The position numbers and the translations under genes were made by a program. Shown here one piece after another: positions 10,633 to 19,725 of a stretch of DNA of 64,000 nt (position 1 is its first letter; the number at the start of each line of letters is the position of its first letter). Origin of the DNA: an uncultured Enterobacteriaceae bacterium (GTDB lineage Bacteria; Pseudomonadota; Gammaproteobacteria; Burkholderiales; SG8-39); assembly GCA_964393745.1 (NCBI GenBank), contig CAYMVA010000020.1, forward strand, positions 2,467 through 66,466. The letters are read 5' to 3'. The notes beneath the pieces are model-generated. The model made no database searches. It saw only the letters and a list, made by a program, of their open reading frames with translations, and had not been told where the DNA came from.

Positions 10633-11459
10633 AACGCATCCTGCCGCTGCTTGCCCTCGCGCTGGCCGCCGCCGGCCCGGCGCAGGCGCAGTTCCGCCTC
10701 GACATCAACCGCATCATCGACACCGCCAAGAGCGCGCAGCGCGCCGCGGGCGACGTCAGCGAAAAGGACGAAGTCGAAATCGGGCGCGAGCTCGCCTCGA
10801 CCCTGCTTGGCGCGGCGCCGCTGGTCGCCAACGAAGCGATGCAGCGCTACGTGCAGAGCGTCGGGCGCTGGCTCGCCTCGCAGACCGAGCGCCCGGACCT
10901 GCCGTGGCAGTTCGGCGTGCTCGACGCGCCGCAACTGAACGCATTTGCCGCGCCCGGCGGCTTCATCTTCGTCACCCGTGGGCTGCTCGAGCGCATGCGC
11001 AGCGAGGCCGAGCTCGCCGGGGTGCTGGCGCACGAAATTGCGCACGTGCTGCAGAAGCACCATCTGAAAGCGATCCAGAAAAGCGGCCAGGTCGGGCTGG
11101 CAACGGGCGTGCTGTCGCTCGCCGTGCAGGACCGCAATTCGTTTGCGCGCGACAAGCTGATCGCGTTCGGCACCGAGATGTACTCGCGTGGCCTGGACCG
11201 CGGCGACGAGCTCGAAGCCGACCGTCTCGGGGTGGTGATCGCCGCGCGCGCCGGCTACGACCCCTACGGGCTGCCGGCGGTGCTGCTGACGCTGCAAGCG
11301 ATGAACCCGGAGGACTCCGGCCTCGCTCTCATGTTCAAGACCCACCCCAAACCCGCCGAGCGCTTGGAAGCGATCGAGAAGCAAAGTCCGCTCCTGGATG
11401 CCTACGCCGACCAGCTCCAGCTGGAGGACCGTTTCTCCTCGACGCTGAGCCGGAAGTAA
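10629..11459 (+). CDS. Secreted M48-family zinc metalloprotease
   Basis: 276 aa with signal peptide MKRILPLLALALAAAGPAQA. HEIAH (HExxH) zinc motif followed by ELEADRLG. The start overlaps the upstream stop (ATGA). Confidence 0.85.
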   Translation: MKRILPLLALALAAAGPAQAQFRLDINRIIDTAKSAQRAAGDVSEKDEVEIGRELASTLLGAAPLVANEAMQRYVQSVGRWLASQTERPDLPWQFGVLDAPQLNAFAAPGGFIFVTRGLLERMRSEAELAGVLAHEIAHVLQKHHLKAIQKSGQVGLATGVLSLAVQDRNSFARDKLIAFGTEMYSRGLDRGDELEADRLGVVIAARAGYDPYGLPAVLLTLQAMNPEDSGLALMFKTHPKPAERLEAIEKQSPLLDAYADQLQLEDRFSSTLSRK

Positions 11460-11486
11460 CCGCTAACCCCAGGCACCCGTTCCGGG

Positions 11487-12986
11487 TCAGGCCGCCCGTT
11501 TCTTGCGCTGCGCGTCCTTGGCGTGCATCTGCGCGTAAGCGGCGTGCGCCGCCGCTTCAGCGTCGCCGACGTGCACCGCCAAGCCCATGTCTGAGAGCAC
11601 CGAGGACAACGCCGAGAGGCTGAGCATCACGTTGTCCGGGCGGCACGAGTAACCCATCAGGCCGAAGCGCCAGATCTTGCCTTTCAGCGGCCCCAGCCCG
11701 GCGCCGATCTCGAGGCTGAACTCGTTGAGCAGCCTGCGGCGCACTTCCTCCTCGTTGACGCCCTCGGGGCAAAGCACCGCGTTCATCTGCGGCAGCTGGT
11801 GCTTTTCCGCCACCAGGAACTTGAGCCCGATCCCCTCCAGCCCCGCCTTGAGCGCCACGTGGTGGCGGTGGTGGCGCGCCCAGCAGTTCTCCAGCCCTTC
11901 CTCGCGGATCAGCAACAGCGCCTCGTGCAGCGCGAACAGCGAATTCGTCGGCGCGGTGTGATGGTAGGTGCGCGTGGTCGCGCCCCAGTAGCCGAGCAGC
12001 AGGTTCATGTCCATGAACCAGGAGTGGATCTTGTCCTTCCTTTTCTTCACCTGCTCGACGACGCGATCGGAAAAGGAAACCGGCGACAGGCCCGGGGTGC
12101 ACGACAAGCACTTCTGGCTCGCCGAGTAGATGGCATCGATTTCCCACTCGTCCACCTTCACCGGCGTGCCGGCGAGCGAGGTCACTGCGTCCACGATCAC
12201 CAGCGCGTCGTGCTGGTGCGCGATCTGGGTGAGCAGCCTGGCGTCAGACTGGCAGCCGGTGGAAGTCTCGGCATGCACCAACGCAAGCAGTCTCGCGTCC
12301 CGGTGCTTGCGGAACGCGTCCTCGACCTTTTGCGGATCGACCGGCTTGCCCCAGTCGTCGGCCACGATCACCGGCACGCCGCCCATGCGCTCGACGTTCT
12401 CCACCATGCGGCCGCCAAAGACGCCGTTCACGCAAACGATTACTTTGTCGCCGGGCCGGACCAGGTTGACGAAGCAAAACTCCATGCCGACCGAGCCTGG
12501 GCCCGAGAGCGGGAAAGTGAGCGCATTCTTGGTCTGGTAGGCGTAGCGCAGCAGGCTTTTCAGTTCTTCCATCATTTCGACGAACACCGGGTCGAGGTAA
12601 CCGATCGCCGGCTGGCTCATGGTGGTGAGCACGCGCGGGTGGATCTCGGTCGGCCCCGGGCCCATCAGGGTGCGCTGCGGCGGATGGAAGGAATGGATGC
12701 GCTTGGCGGGGGCATAGCTGGTCATGGCGTGGCTTCCGGAGTGGAGCCCGAAGGGCGCGTCCTTGGGACGCGACTTCACCTGCACGGGCTTTTTGGCGCT
12801 GGCATCGTCCAGCACCTCGACGGCGGCGATGCGCCCCTGGGTGAGGCGCTCGACTTCGCTCGCCCAGCGCGCCGGGACGTAGCCCGATTTCACCCAATGG
12901 CTCACCACCGCGCGGTCGAGCTGGAACGCGCGCGCCACTTCCGCCTGGCTGCCGAACAATTCGACGAGTCGCGCCGCGCAATCCAT
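11487..12986 (-). CDS. AGXT/SgaA-family class V aminotransferase with an in-frame N-terminal Cro/YdaS-like HTH extension
   Basis: 499-aa ORF. Residues 88-499 match alanine-glyoxylate/serine-pyruvate aminotransferase (GPGPTE..., PLP-Lys context SASQKCLSCTPG, YHHT, GLENCW). Residues 1-60 (MDCAARLVELFGSQAEVARAFQLDRAVVSHWVKSGYVPARWASEVERLTQGRI) look like a YdaS/Cro HTH. GAGG Shine-Dalgarno lies 5 nt before ATG 12986. An alternative internal start is Met88 (12725). Confidence 0.8.
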   Translation of the reverse strand: MDCAARLVELFGSQAEVARAFQLDRAVVSHWVKSGYVPARWASEVERLTQGRIAAVEVLDDASAKKPVQVKSRPKDAPFGLHSGSHAMTSYAPAKRIHSFHPPQRTLMGPGPTEIHPRVLTTMSQPAIGYLDPVFVEMMEELKSLLRYAYQTKNALTFPLSGPGSVGMEFCFVNLVRPGDKVIVCVNGVFGGRMVENVERMGGVPVIVADDWGKPVDPQKVEDAFRKHRDARLLALVHAETSTGCQSDARLLTQIAHQHDALVIVDAVTSLAGTPVKVDEWEIDAIYSASQKCLSCTPGLSPVSFSDRVVEQVKKRKDKIHSWFMDMNLLLGYWGATTRTYHHTAPTNSLFALHEALLLIREEGLENCWARHHRHHVALKAGLEGIGLKFLVAEKHQLPQMNAVLCPEGVNEEEVRRRLLNEFSLEIGAGLGPLKGKIWRFGLMGYSCRPDNVMLSLSALSSVLSDMGLAVHVGDAEAAAHAAYAQMHAKDAQRKKRAA

Positions 12987-13011
12987 CTTGACCTCGGCGT
13001 AAATCGTAACA

Positions 13012-13030
13012 TGTCAAAATGGATTTGACA
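13012..13030. promoter_or_regulatory. Perfect palindrome TGTCAAA-N5-TTTGACA (candidate operator) in the divergent intergenic region
   Basis: Read directly as TGTCAAAATGGATTTGACA. On the minus strand it overlaps a candidate promoter: TTGTCA, 17-nt spacer, TACGAT. Confidence 0.5.
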
Positions 13031-13068
13031 AAGCGCTACTTACAATCGCGTGACTTAGCATTTGCACG

Positions 13069-14805
13069 ATGAAGCCCGGCCTGCCGGTCGAATTCCGCCC
13101 CGAAACCGCTGCCGAGGCATATATCGGCCTGCTCGGCGCGCGCGGCGTCGAGTACTTGTTCGTCAACGGCGGCACCGACTTCGCGCCGCTCGCCGAGGCC
13201 TTCGCCAGGGGGCAGTCGCTCGGCTGGCGCATGCCCGAGCCGGTGATCGTGCCGCACGAGAACATGGGCGTGGCGATGGCGCACGGCTACACCATGGTGA
13301 CCGGCCGCACGCAGGCGATGATGGTGCACGTCGGCATGGGCACGGCCAACGCGATCAACGGCCTGATCAACGCCGCACGCATGAACATCCCGATGCTGTT
13401 CACCGCAGGGCGCACGCCGCTCACCGAATCGGGCGCCGTGCCGGGGGCGCGCAACAACTACATCCACTGGGCGCAGGAGCACTTCGACCAGGGCGCCATG
13501 CTGCGCGAGTTCATGAAGTGGGATTACGAGCTCAAGCACGCCGAACAGGTCGAGACCGCGGTCGATCGCGCGCTCGCCATCGCCGCCAGCGAGCCGCAGG
13601 GGCCCGTATACATGACGCTGCCGCGCGAGATCCTCGCCTCCACGTTTCCGGCGCGCGGCATGTCCTCCGATGCGAGCATCGTCGCCGCCTCGCCGCCGGC
13701 AGCGGACCCCGAGGCGCTCGAGCAAGTGGCCAGGCTGCTCGCGCGCGCGCAGCGCCCGCTTCTGATCACCGCGAACGGCGGCCGCACGGCGGAGGCGGCG
13801 CGCGCCATTACGCAGCTCGCCGAGACCTTCGCCGTCCCGGTAGTGCATTACCGGCCGCGCTACTTCGCGCTTTCCACCGAGCACCCGATGCACGCCGGCT
13901 GGGAGCCGCATGCGCGGCTGAAAGACGCCGATCTGGTGCTGGCGATCGAGAGCGACGTGCCCTGGATTCCGGCGCAAGGCGCCCCTGTCCCGGACGCGAA
14001 AGTCGTGCATATCGGTCCGGACCCGCTCTATGCGCGCTATCCGCTGCGCGGCTTTCGCACCGATGTCGCGCTCACCGGCGTTACCGCCCCAACCATCGCC
14101 CGGCTGCTGGAGCGCGCGCTTGCGCACGCACCGGCAGCGGCGGTTTTGAAGGAGCGCTTCGATTCTGTTGCCGCGCAGTGCGCAGCCGAACGGCGCAAGG
14201 CGCGCGCCGGCGCTGCCGCGGTACCGGCCGCGCTGACGGCGAAGTACGCCTCGGCCTGCGTCAACCGGCTGCTCGACGAAGACACCATCGTGGTGAACGA
14301 GTACCCGCTGCTGCTGGAGGAAATGGAGATCCGCTCACCGGGCCGCTATTTTGCGAGCGCACCGGCGGGTGGCCTGGGCTGGGGATTGGGCGCCGCGCTC
14401 GGCGCCAAGCTCGCCTCCCCCGGCAAGACCCTCGTGTGCTGTGTCGGCGACGGCGCTTACATGTTCGGCAATCCCACCGCCGCGCATTTCGTGTCGGAGG
14501 CGATGCAGCTGCCGGCGCTGTTCGTGGTATTCAACAACGCGCGCTGGGCGGCGGTGCACCGCGCGACGCTGGCGATGTATCCGAAAGGCGTCGCCGCAGG
14601 CATGAAGCAGCCGCCCTTCGCCACCCTGGAGCCCTCGCCGCGCTTCGAGAAAGTCATCGAGGCGAGCGGCGGCCACGGCGTACGCGTGGACGCGGCTGCC
14701 GCTCTCATGCCGGCGCTGGAACGCGCGCTCAAGGTAGTGAAGGAAGAAAAGCGCCAGGCGCTGGTGAACGTGCAGCTCGAAGCGAGCTACGTCAAAACCA
14801 GCTAG
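13069..14805 (+). CDS. Thiamine diphosphate-dependent enzyme (acetolactate synthase-like family, specificity unknown)
   Basis: 578 aa with three-domain TPP-enzyme organisation. ThDP motif GDGAYMFGNPTAAHFVSEAMQLPALFVVFNNA. Confidence 0.85.
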   Translation: MKPGLPVEFRPETAAEAYIGLLGARGVEYLFVNGGTDFAPLAEAFARGQSLGWRMPEPVIVPHENMGVAMAHGYTMVTGRTQAMMVHVGMGTANAINGLINAARMNIPMLFTAGRTPLTESGAVPGARNNYIHWAQEHFDQGAMLREFMKWDYELKHAEQVETAVDRALAIAASEPQGPVYMTLPREILASTFPARGMSSDASIVAASPPAADPEALEQVARLLARAQRPLLITANGGRTAEAARAITQLAETFAVPVVHYRPRYFALSTEHPMHAGWEPHARLKDADLVLAIESDVPWIPAQGAPVPDAKVVHIGPDPLYARYPLRGFRTDVALTGVTAPTIARLLERALAHAPAAAVLKERFDSVAAQCAAERRKARAGAAAVPAALTAKYASACVNRLLDEDTIVVNEYPLLLEEMEIRSPGRYFASAPAGGLGWGLGAALGAKLASPGKTLVCCVGDGAYMFGNPTAAHFVSEAMQLPALFVVFNNARWAAVHRATLAMYPKGVAAGMKQPPFATLEPSPRFEKVIEASGGHGVRVDAAAALMPALERALKVVKEEKRQALVNVQLEASYVKTS

Positions 14806-15566
14806 TTCTGGGGCGCGCCGCCTGCGCCGCTCGGGCGGCTCGGTCCGAGCCGCCCGAAGACCGGCAGCTTGAGCGCCGGGTCGAACGGGTTGATGCCAAA
14901 GGTGAGCCCGAGGACGTTCAACTCCAGGCCCTCGACCCCGCTCGCGGTGAGCGCGAGCAGCCCCGCGAGCGAGAACTGCACCCCGCTGCCGCTCGGCGCA
15001 GAGTCGAGCAGCCGCGCGCCCAGGTAATCCTTGCCGATCGCGGTCGGCGGCAGATCCACTCTCAGCTCCGGCACCGCGCGCGCGACCCACGCCGTGAAGG
15101 TGTTGGAGTTCGGCCCAGGCCACATGGTGTATTCGGCGGCGTAAGGATAGTCGCGCGCGGCACGGTCGATGCGCTCGATCAGTGCCTCCACGCCGGCGCC
15201 GCGCCGTTCTGCAATCAATTCGGGCGCGTTGCCGTACCAGCGCGCATCGGGCGCGCGCCGGCCGACCGAGAGCGCGCTCTCGCTCCAGCGCAGCTTCCAG
15301 CCGATCACCTCGTATACCGTGTAGGCGGGCGCGTTCGCCGGCTTCACCGCGACCCAGGTATGTACGCCGAAGTTGCCGCGGAAGCCCCACGTGCGCGCCG
15401 CATAGAATTGCACCACCGCTTCGGGCGTCGCCGCCGGATCCGGCGCTAGCCCCACCGGCTCGCTGCTCGCTGTGCGCCAGTCCTTAGCGGTCACCGAGGC
15501 CATGGCGAGCGCGAGCAGCCCAAGAAGCGCTGAGAAAGCAGCCACGCGCCGCATGCGTATGCCCAT
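14802..15566 (-). CDS. DUF3750-like exported protein
   Basis: 254 aa with a signal peptide (RRVAAFSALLGLLALAMA). Family call is from memory. The start could instead be Met5 (15554). Confidence 0.55.
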   Translation of the reverse strand: MGIRMRRVAAFSALLGLLALAMASVTAKDWRTASSEPVGLAPDPAATPEAVVQFYAARTWGFRGNFGVHTWVAVKPANAPAYTVYEVIGWKLRWSESALSVGRRAPDARWYGNAPELIAERRGAGVEALIERIDRAARDYPYAAEYTMWPGPNSNTFTAWVARAVPELRVDLPPTAIGKDYLGARLLDSAPSGSGVQFSLAGLLALTASGVEGLELNVLGLTFGINPFDPALKLPVFGRLGPSRPSGAGGAPQN

Positions 15567-15568
15567 GA

Positions 15569-16453
15569 TCAGGCTTCGGCAAACAACGGCTCGCCGAGTT
15601 CCACCGGATCGAAGGCCTTGTCACCTTCGGCATCGGCGCGGCCGGTGGGTGCGAGTGCGGCGAAATCGAACAGCTTGCGATCGAGCAGGTGCGAGGGCTG
15701 CACATCAGTGAGCGCGCGCGCAATCGACTCGATGCGCCCAGGATGGCGCCGTTGCCACTCGCGCAGCATTTCGCGCACCACTTTGCGCTGCAGGTGCTGC
15801 TGCGAGCCGCACAGGTTGCACGGGATGATCGGAAACTCCTTCGCCGCCGCATGCGCCGCCAGGTCGTCCTCCGCCACATAGGCGAGCGGTCGGATCACCA
15901 CGTGCCTGCCGTCATCCGACACCAGCTTCGCGGGCATAGCCTTGAGCTTGCCGCCGTAGAAGAGATTGAGGAAAAAAGTTGCGAGGATGTCGTCGCGGTG
16001 ATGGCCGAGCGCGATCTTGGTGGCACCCAACTCGCCGGCGACGCGATAAAGCACGCCGCGTCGCAGCCGCGAGCAGAGCGAACAATAGGTCTTGCCCTCG
16101 GGGATGATGCGCTTCACCACCGAGTAGGTGTCCTGCTCGACGATGCGATACGGCACGCCGCGCGCTTCAAGGTATTGCGGCAGCACCTGTGCCGGAAACC
16201 CCGGCTGCTTCTGGTCAAGATTGACCGCCACCAGCTCGAAGCGCACCGGCGCCTTTTCTTTGAGTGCCAGCAGCACGTCGAGGAGGCCATAGCTATCCTT
16301 GCCGCCCGACAGGCACACCATCACCCGGTCGCCCTCGCCGATCAAATTGAAGTCCGCGATCGCCTGCCCCGCCTGGCGGCGCAGGCGCTTGGCGAGCTTG
16401 CCCGCCTCGTAGGCGGTTTTGCGCGGATCGCGCTGCAATCGGACGATGCTCAT
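15569..16453 (-). CDS. ttcA: tRNA 2-thiocytidine(32) synthetase
   Basis: 294 aa from ATG 16453 ([24 protein letters not shown]...). PP-loop SGGKDS plus Cys clusters [10 protein letters not shown] and CNLCGSQ. Confidence 0.9.
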   Translation of the reverse strand: MSIVRLQRDPRKTAYEAGKLAKRLRRQAGQAIADFNLIGEGDRVMVCLSGGKDSYGLLDVLLALKEKAPVRFELVAVNLDQKQPGFPAQVLPQYLEARGVPYRIVEQDTYSVVKRIIPEGKTYCSLCSRLRRGVLYRVAGELGATKIALGHHRDDILATFFLNLFYGGKLKAMPAKLVSDDGRHVVIRPLAYVAEDDLAAHAAAKEFPIIPCNLCGSQQHLQRKVVREMLREWQRRHPGRIESIARALTDVQPSHLLDRKLFDFAALAPTGRADAEGDKAFDPVELGEPLFAEA

Positions 16454-16499
16454 GCGGTTCCTCGATGACGAGGTCCGCAGTTTACCGCTTGCGGCGGCG

Positions 16500-17246
16500 C
16501 TAAAGATGCAGCGAGCGCCCGCCGTCCACAGCGAGGATCTGCCCGGTGACGAACGTCGCGCAGGCGAGGAAGTGCACCGCGTGCGCGATGTCCTCGGGCG
16601 CGCCGATGCGCGCGAGCGGCGTCGTGGCGACGACGCGCGCGCGCTCATCGGGTTCGAACTGTCCGTCTTCGGGCCAGGCGATGGCGCCGGGCGCGACGCC
16701 GTTGACGCGCACCGCCGGCGCGAGCTCGAGCGCCAGCGCGCGCGTGAGCGCCGCCAAACCCGCCTTGGCGACGCTGTACACGGGGTAGCCGCGCAGCGGC
16801 CGCTCGGCGTGGATGTCCACCACGTTCACGATCGAGCCTTGCGCCTTGGCAAGGTGCGGTGCGGCTTCCTGCGACAGGAACATCGGCGCCTTGAGGTTCG
16901 AGCCGATGAGATCGTCCCAGTGCGCCGGCTCGATCTCGCCGAGCGCGGTGGGATAAAAAGCGGAAGCGTTGTTCACCAGGAGATCCAGCCGCCCGAAGCG
17001 TTCGATGGCGCCGCTGATGAGCGAGCGCGGCGCGATCGGCGCGAGCAGCTCCGCCTTGAGCTTGAGCGCACTCCCAGGCCGCGCCGCGTTGAGTTCCGCT
17101 TCCAGCTTGGCTGCCTCCGCCTCGGCGCCGCGATAGTGGATGACGACACTCGCGCCCGCGGCGTGCAGGCGGCGCGCGATCGCCGCGCCGAGGCGCCGCG
17201 CTGCGCCGGTGACCAGAGCAACTTTTCCGTCGAAGCTGGCTTGCAT
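16500..17246 (-). CDS. Short-chain dehydrogenase/reductase, pteridine reductase (FolM/PTR1)-like
   Basis: 248 aa with TGAARRLG cofactor motif and YSVAK (YxxxK) catalytic motif. Confidence 0.7.
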   Translation of the reverse strand: MQASFDGKVALVTGAARRLGAAIARRLHAAGASVVIHYRGAEAEAAKLEAELNAARPGSALKLKAELLAPIAPRSLISGAIERFGRLDLLVNNASAFYPTALGEIEPAHWDDLIGSNLKAPMFLSQEAAPHLAKAQGSIVNVVDIHAERPLRGYPVYSVAKAGLAALTRALALELAPAVRVNGVAPGAIAWPEDGQFEPDERARVVATTPLARIGAPEDIAHAVHFLACATFVTGQILAVDGGRSLHL

Positions 17247-17280
17247 GGATGAGCGTGGATTCTAGGGTAAATTCCGCCGC

Positions 17281-18423
17281 GTGCGCCCGATGGAATTGCC
17301 CGCGCCGGAACCGCAAGCGCTCGCCGCGAGCCGCGCGTTGCTCGAGCGCATCGGCGCCGAGCTGGCAGCTAGCGGCAACTGGATCAGCTTCGCGCGCTAC
17401 ATGGAACTGGCGCTGCATGAACCGGGGCTGGGCTACTACGCCGGCGGCGCGCGCAAGTTCGGCGCCAGCGGCGACTTCGTCACCGCGCCGGAGCTCTCGC
17501 CGCTGTTCGCGCGCACGCTGGCGCGCCAGGTCGCCGGGCTGCTCGAGCCGGGCGAGGCGTTGCTCGAATTCGGCGCCGGCAGCGGCGCGCTTGCCGCGGC
17601 GCTGCTCGACGAGCTGGGCGCGCTAGGCGCCGAGCTGCCGCAATACCTGATCCTCGAAACCAGCGCGCAGTTGCGCGCTAGACAGCGGGAGCGCCTGGGC
17701 GAGCGGGCGCAATGGCTGGATCGCATGCCGCAGCGGTTTCGCGGCGTCATGATCGCGAACGAGGTGGTGGATGCGATGCCGGTGCACGCGCTTGCCTGGA
17801 CGCGCGAGCGCCTGCTCGAGCGCGGCGTGTGCGCCAACGAGGGCACGCTCGCCTGGTGCGATCGCCCCGCCGAAGGCGCGCTGCTGCGGGCGGCGCAGGC
17901 GCTCGCAATCGAGCTGCCGCCCTCGGGACGCTACGAAAGCGAACTCGGCCTGGTGGCGCGCGCCTGGCTGCGGCTGCTCGCGCGCGCGCTCGAGCGCGGC
18001 GCGATCCTGGTATTCGATTATGGCTTCCCAGCGCACGAGTATTACCACCCGCAGCGCGCCATGGGGACGCTGCGGTGCCACTACCGCCACCGCGCGCACG
18101 GCGACCCGTTCTATCTGCCGGGATTGCAGGACATCACGGCGCACGTGGATTTCAGCGCCCTGGCGCGCGCGGCGCGCGACGGCAGCCTCGAGCTGCTCGG
18201 CTACTCGAGCCAGGCGAATTTCCTGGTCAATTGCGGCATCACCGAATTGCTCGCGAAGGAAGATCCCGCCGATGCCAAGCGCTACCTGCCGCTCGCCGCG
18301 GCAGCCAACCGGCTGCTCTCTCCCACGGAGATGGGCGAGCTGTTCAAGGTCCTGGCTGTCGGCCGTGGCGTGAAGCAGCCGCTCGCGGGCTTTGCGCGCG
18401 GCGACCGATCGCATGCGCTTTAA
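17281..18423 (+). CDS. Class I SAM-dependent methyltransferase, DUF185/NDUFAF7-like
   Basis: 380 aa containing FARYMELALHEPGLGYYAGG...GDFVTAPELSPLF, typical of the DUF185 family. Confidence 0.8.
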   Translation: MRPMELPAPEPQALAASRALLERIGAELAASGNWISFARYMELALHEPGLGYYAGGARKFGASGDFVTAPELSPLFARTLARQVAGLLEPGEALLEFGAGSGALAAALLDELGALGAELPQYLILETSAQLRARQRERLGERAQWLDRMPQRFRGVMIANEVVDAMPVHALAWTRERLLERGVCANEGTLAWCDRPAEGALLRAAQALAIELPPSGRYESELGLVARAWLRLLARALERGAILVFDYGFPAHEYYHPQRAMGTLRCHYRHRAHGDPFYLPGLQDITAHVDFSALARAARDGSLELLGYSSQANFLVNCGITELLAKEDPADAKRYLPLAAAANRLLSPTEMGELFKVLAVGRGVKQPLAGFARGDRSHAL

Positions 18424-19081
18424 GTTTTCGCGTGCGCTTGCCGGCGCCGCGCTGTGCGGCGCGCTATCGGCCACCCTCTCCGCGCAGGCTGACGAGATGG
18501 CGGCGGCGCGCAAGCGCTGGGCCGAGAGCCCGCATGGGCCGATGCTCGCGCGCATCCTGCCGCCCGGCTTCGAGCCGGCGATGCTGCCGCAGCCCGAGTC
18601 GCGCGGCGCCCGGCTCAGCGCGCGCTACTGCGTGCAGTGCCACAACCTCGCCAACCCGGCAATGCACGAGGCCCGCAAGTGGCCCTCGACCGTCGAGCGC
18701 ATGGTGCTGCGCATGCAAGGCAAGGGCAACATGGGAACGCTCATGGCCGACATGATGGCGGGCGTAGAAGCGCCGCCGGACGAGGACAGGAAAGCCATCG
18801 TCGCGTACCTCAGAAAGCACTCGCAGAAGCCGCTCGACGCGGGGAAATATCCCGCCCTCTACAGCGCCGGCGGCGAGTCCTTTCGGATCGCCTGCCAGCA
18901 GTGCCACGTGCTGCCCGACCCGGCGCGCTACACGGCGGCAGAGTGGCCCGCAGTGGTGGCGCGCATGGAAAAGAACATGGAATGGATGAACCGCGTGGTG
19001 GGATCGCGGCCCGCGCCGGGCGAGCCGCAGTTGCGCATCGCCGAGATCAACGCCTTCCTCGCGCGCCACGCGCGGCGCTAG
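18413..19081 (+). CDS. Periplasmic dihaem c-type cytochrome
   Basis: 222 aa from ATG 18413 with a signal peptide. Two CXXCH motifs (CVQCH, CQQCH). Overlaps the methyltransferase gene by 11 nt. Confidence 0.75.
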   Translation: MRFKFSRALAGAALCGALSATLSAQADEMAAARKRWAESPHGPMLARILPPGFEPAMLPQPESRGARLSARYCVQCHNLANPAMHEARKWPSTVERMVLRMQGKGNMGTLMADMMAGVEAPPDEDRKAIVAYLRKHSQKPLDAGKYPALYSAGGESFRIACQQCHVLPDPARYTAAEWPAVVARMEKNMEWMNRVVGSRPAPGEPQLRIAEINAFLARHARR

Positions 19082-19085
19082 CAGG

Positions 19086-19114
19086 CCAAGTGTAAAGCGT
19101 CGCTTTACACTTGG
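19086..19114. repeat. AT-rich perfect palindrome, family copy 2 (CCAAGTGTAAAGCGTCGCTTTACACTTGG)
   Basis: 12-bp arms with a 5-nt loop. The right arm contains the TAA stop of the GST gene (protein ends ...PQV). Confidence 0.9.
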
Positions 19115-19725
19115 GGCACCAGCATCCCGCGCGCCACGGCAGGCCGCGCCGAGATGGTGTCGAACCAGCGCTTCACGTGCGAAAACTCGTTCAGGTCCAC
19201 CTTGTGCCAATCGAAGCGCGCCACCCAGGGGTAGGTGGCGATGTCGGCGATCGAGTACTCGTCGGCCAGGTAGGCCGCCTCCCCCAGGCGCTTGTCGAGC
19301 ACCCCGTACAGGCGCCGCGTTTCCTTGCTGTAGCGCTCGATGCCGTAGGGCACCTGCTCCTTGGCCGAGCGCAGGAAATGGTGCGCCTGGCCAAACATCG
19401 GCCCCACCCCTCCCATCTGGAACATGAGCCATTGCAGCGCGATGTACTTGCCGCGCACCGACTGCGGCAGGAACCTGCCGCTCTTGCCCGAGAGGTAGAC
19501 CAGGATCGCGCCTGATTCGAACAGTTTGAGCGGCGCGCCGTCGGGCCCGTCAGGGTCGACGATCGCCGGGATACGGTTGTTCGGGTTGATGGCGAGGAAC
19601 TCGGGCGTGAACTGATCGCCCCTGCCGATGTCCACCTTGTGCACACGGTATGCGAAGCCGCACTCCTCCAGCATGATGGATACCTTGCGCCCGTTGGGCG
19701 TGGTCCAGGTGTGCAGGTCGATCAT
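19105..19725 (-). CDS. Glutathione S-transferase family protein
   Basis: 206 aa with GST N/C-domain pattern (NGRKVSIMLEE..., ESGAILVYL). Confidence 0.85.
   Translation of the reverse strand: MIDLHTWTTPNGRKVSIMLEECGFAYRVHKVDIGRGDQFTPEFLAINPNNRIPAIVDPDGPDGAPLKLFESGAILVYLSGKSGRFLPQSVRGKYIALQWLMFQMGGVGPMFGQAHHFLRSAKEQVPYGIERYSKETRRLYGVLDKRLGEAAYLADEYSIADIATYPWVARFDWHKVDLNEFSHVKRWFDTISARPAVARGMLVPQV

Noticed and set aside
14802-14805. Shared palindromic CTAG providing stop codons for both convergent genes (ThDP enzyme and DUF3750-like)
   Set aside because: It is real in the sequence but is a trivial consequence of TAG being contained in its own reverse complement context. No functional implication can be supported.
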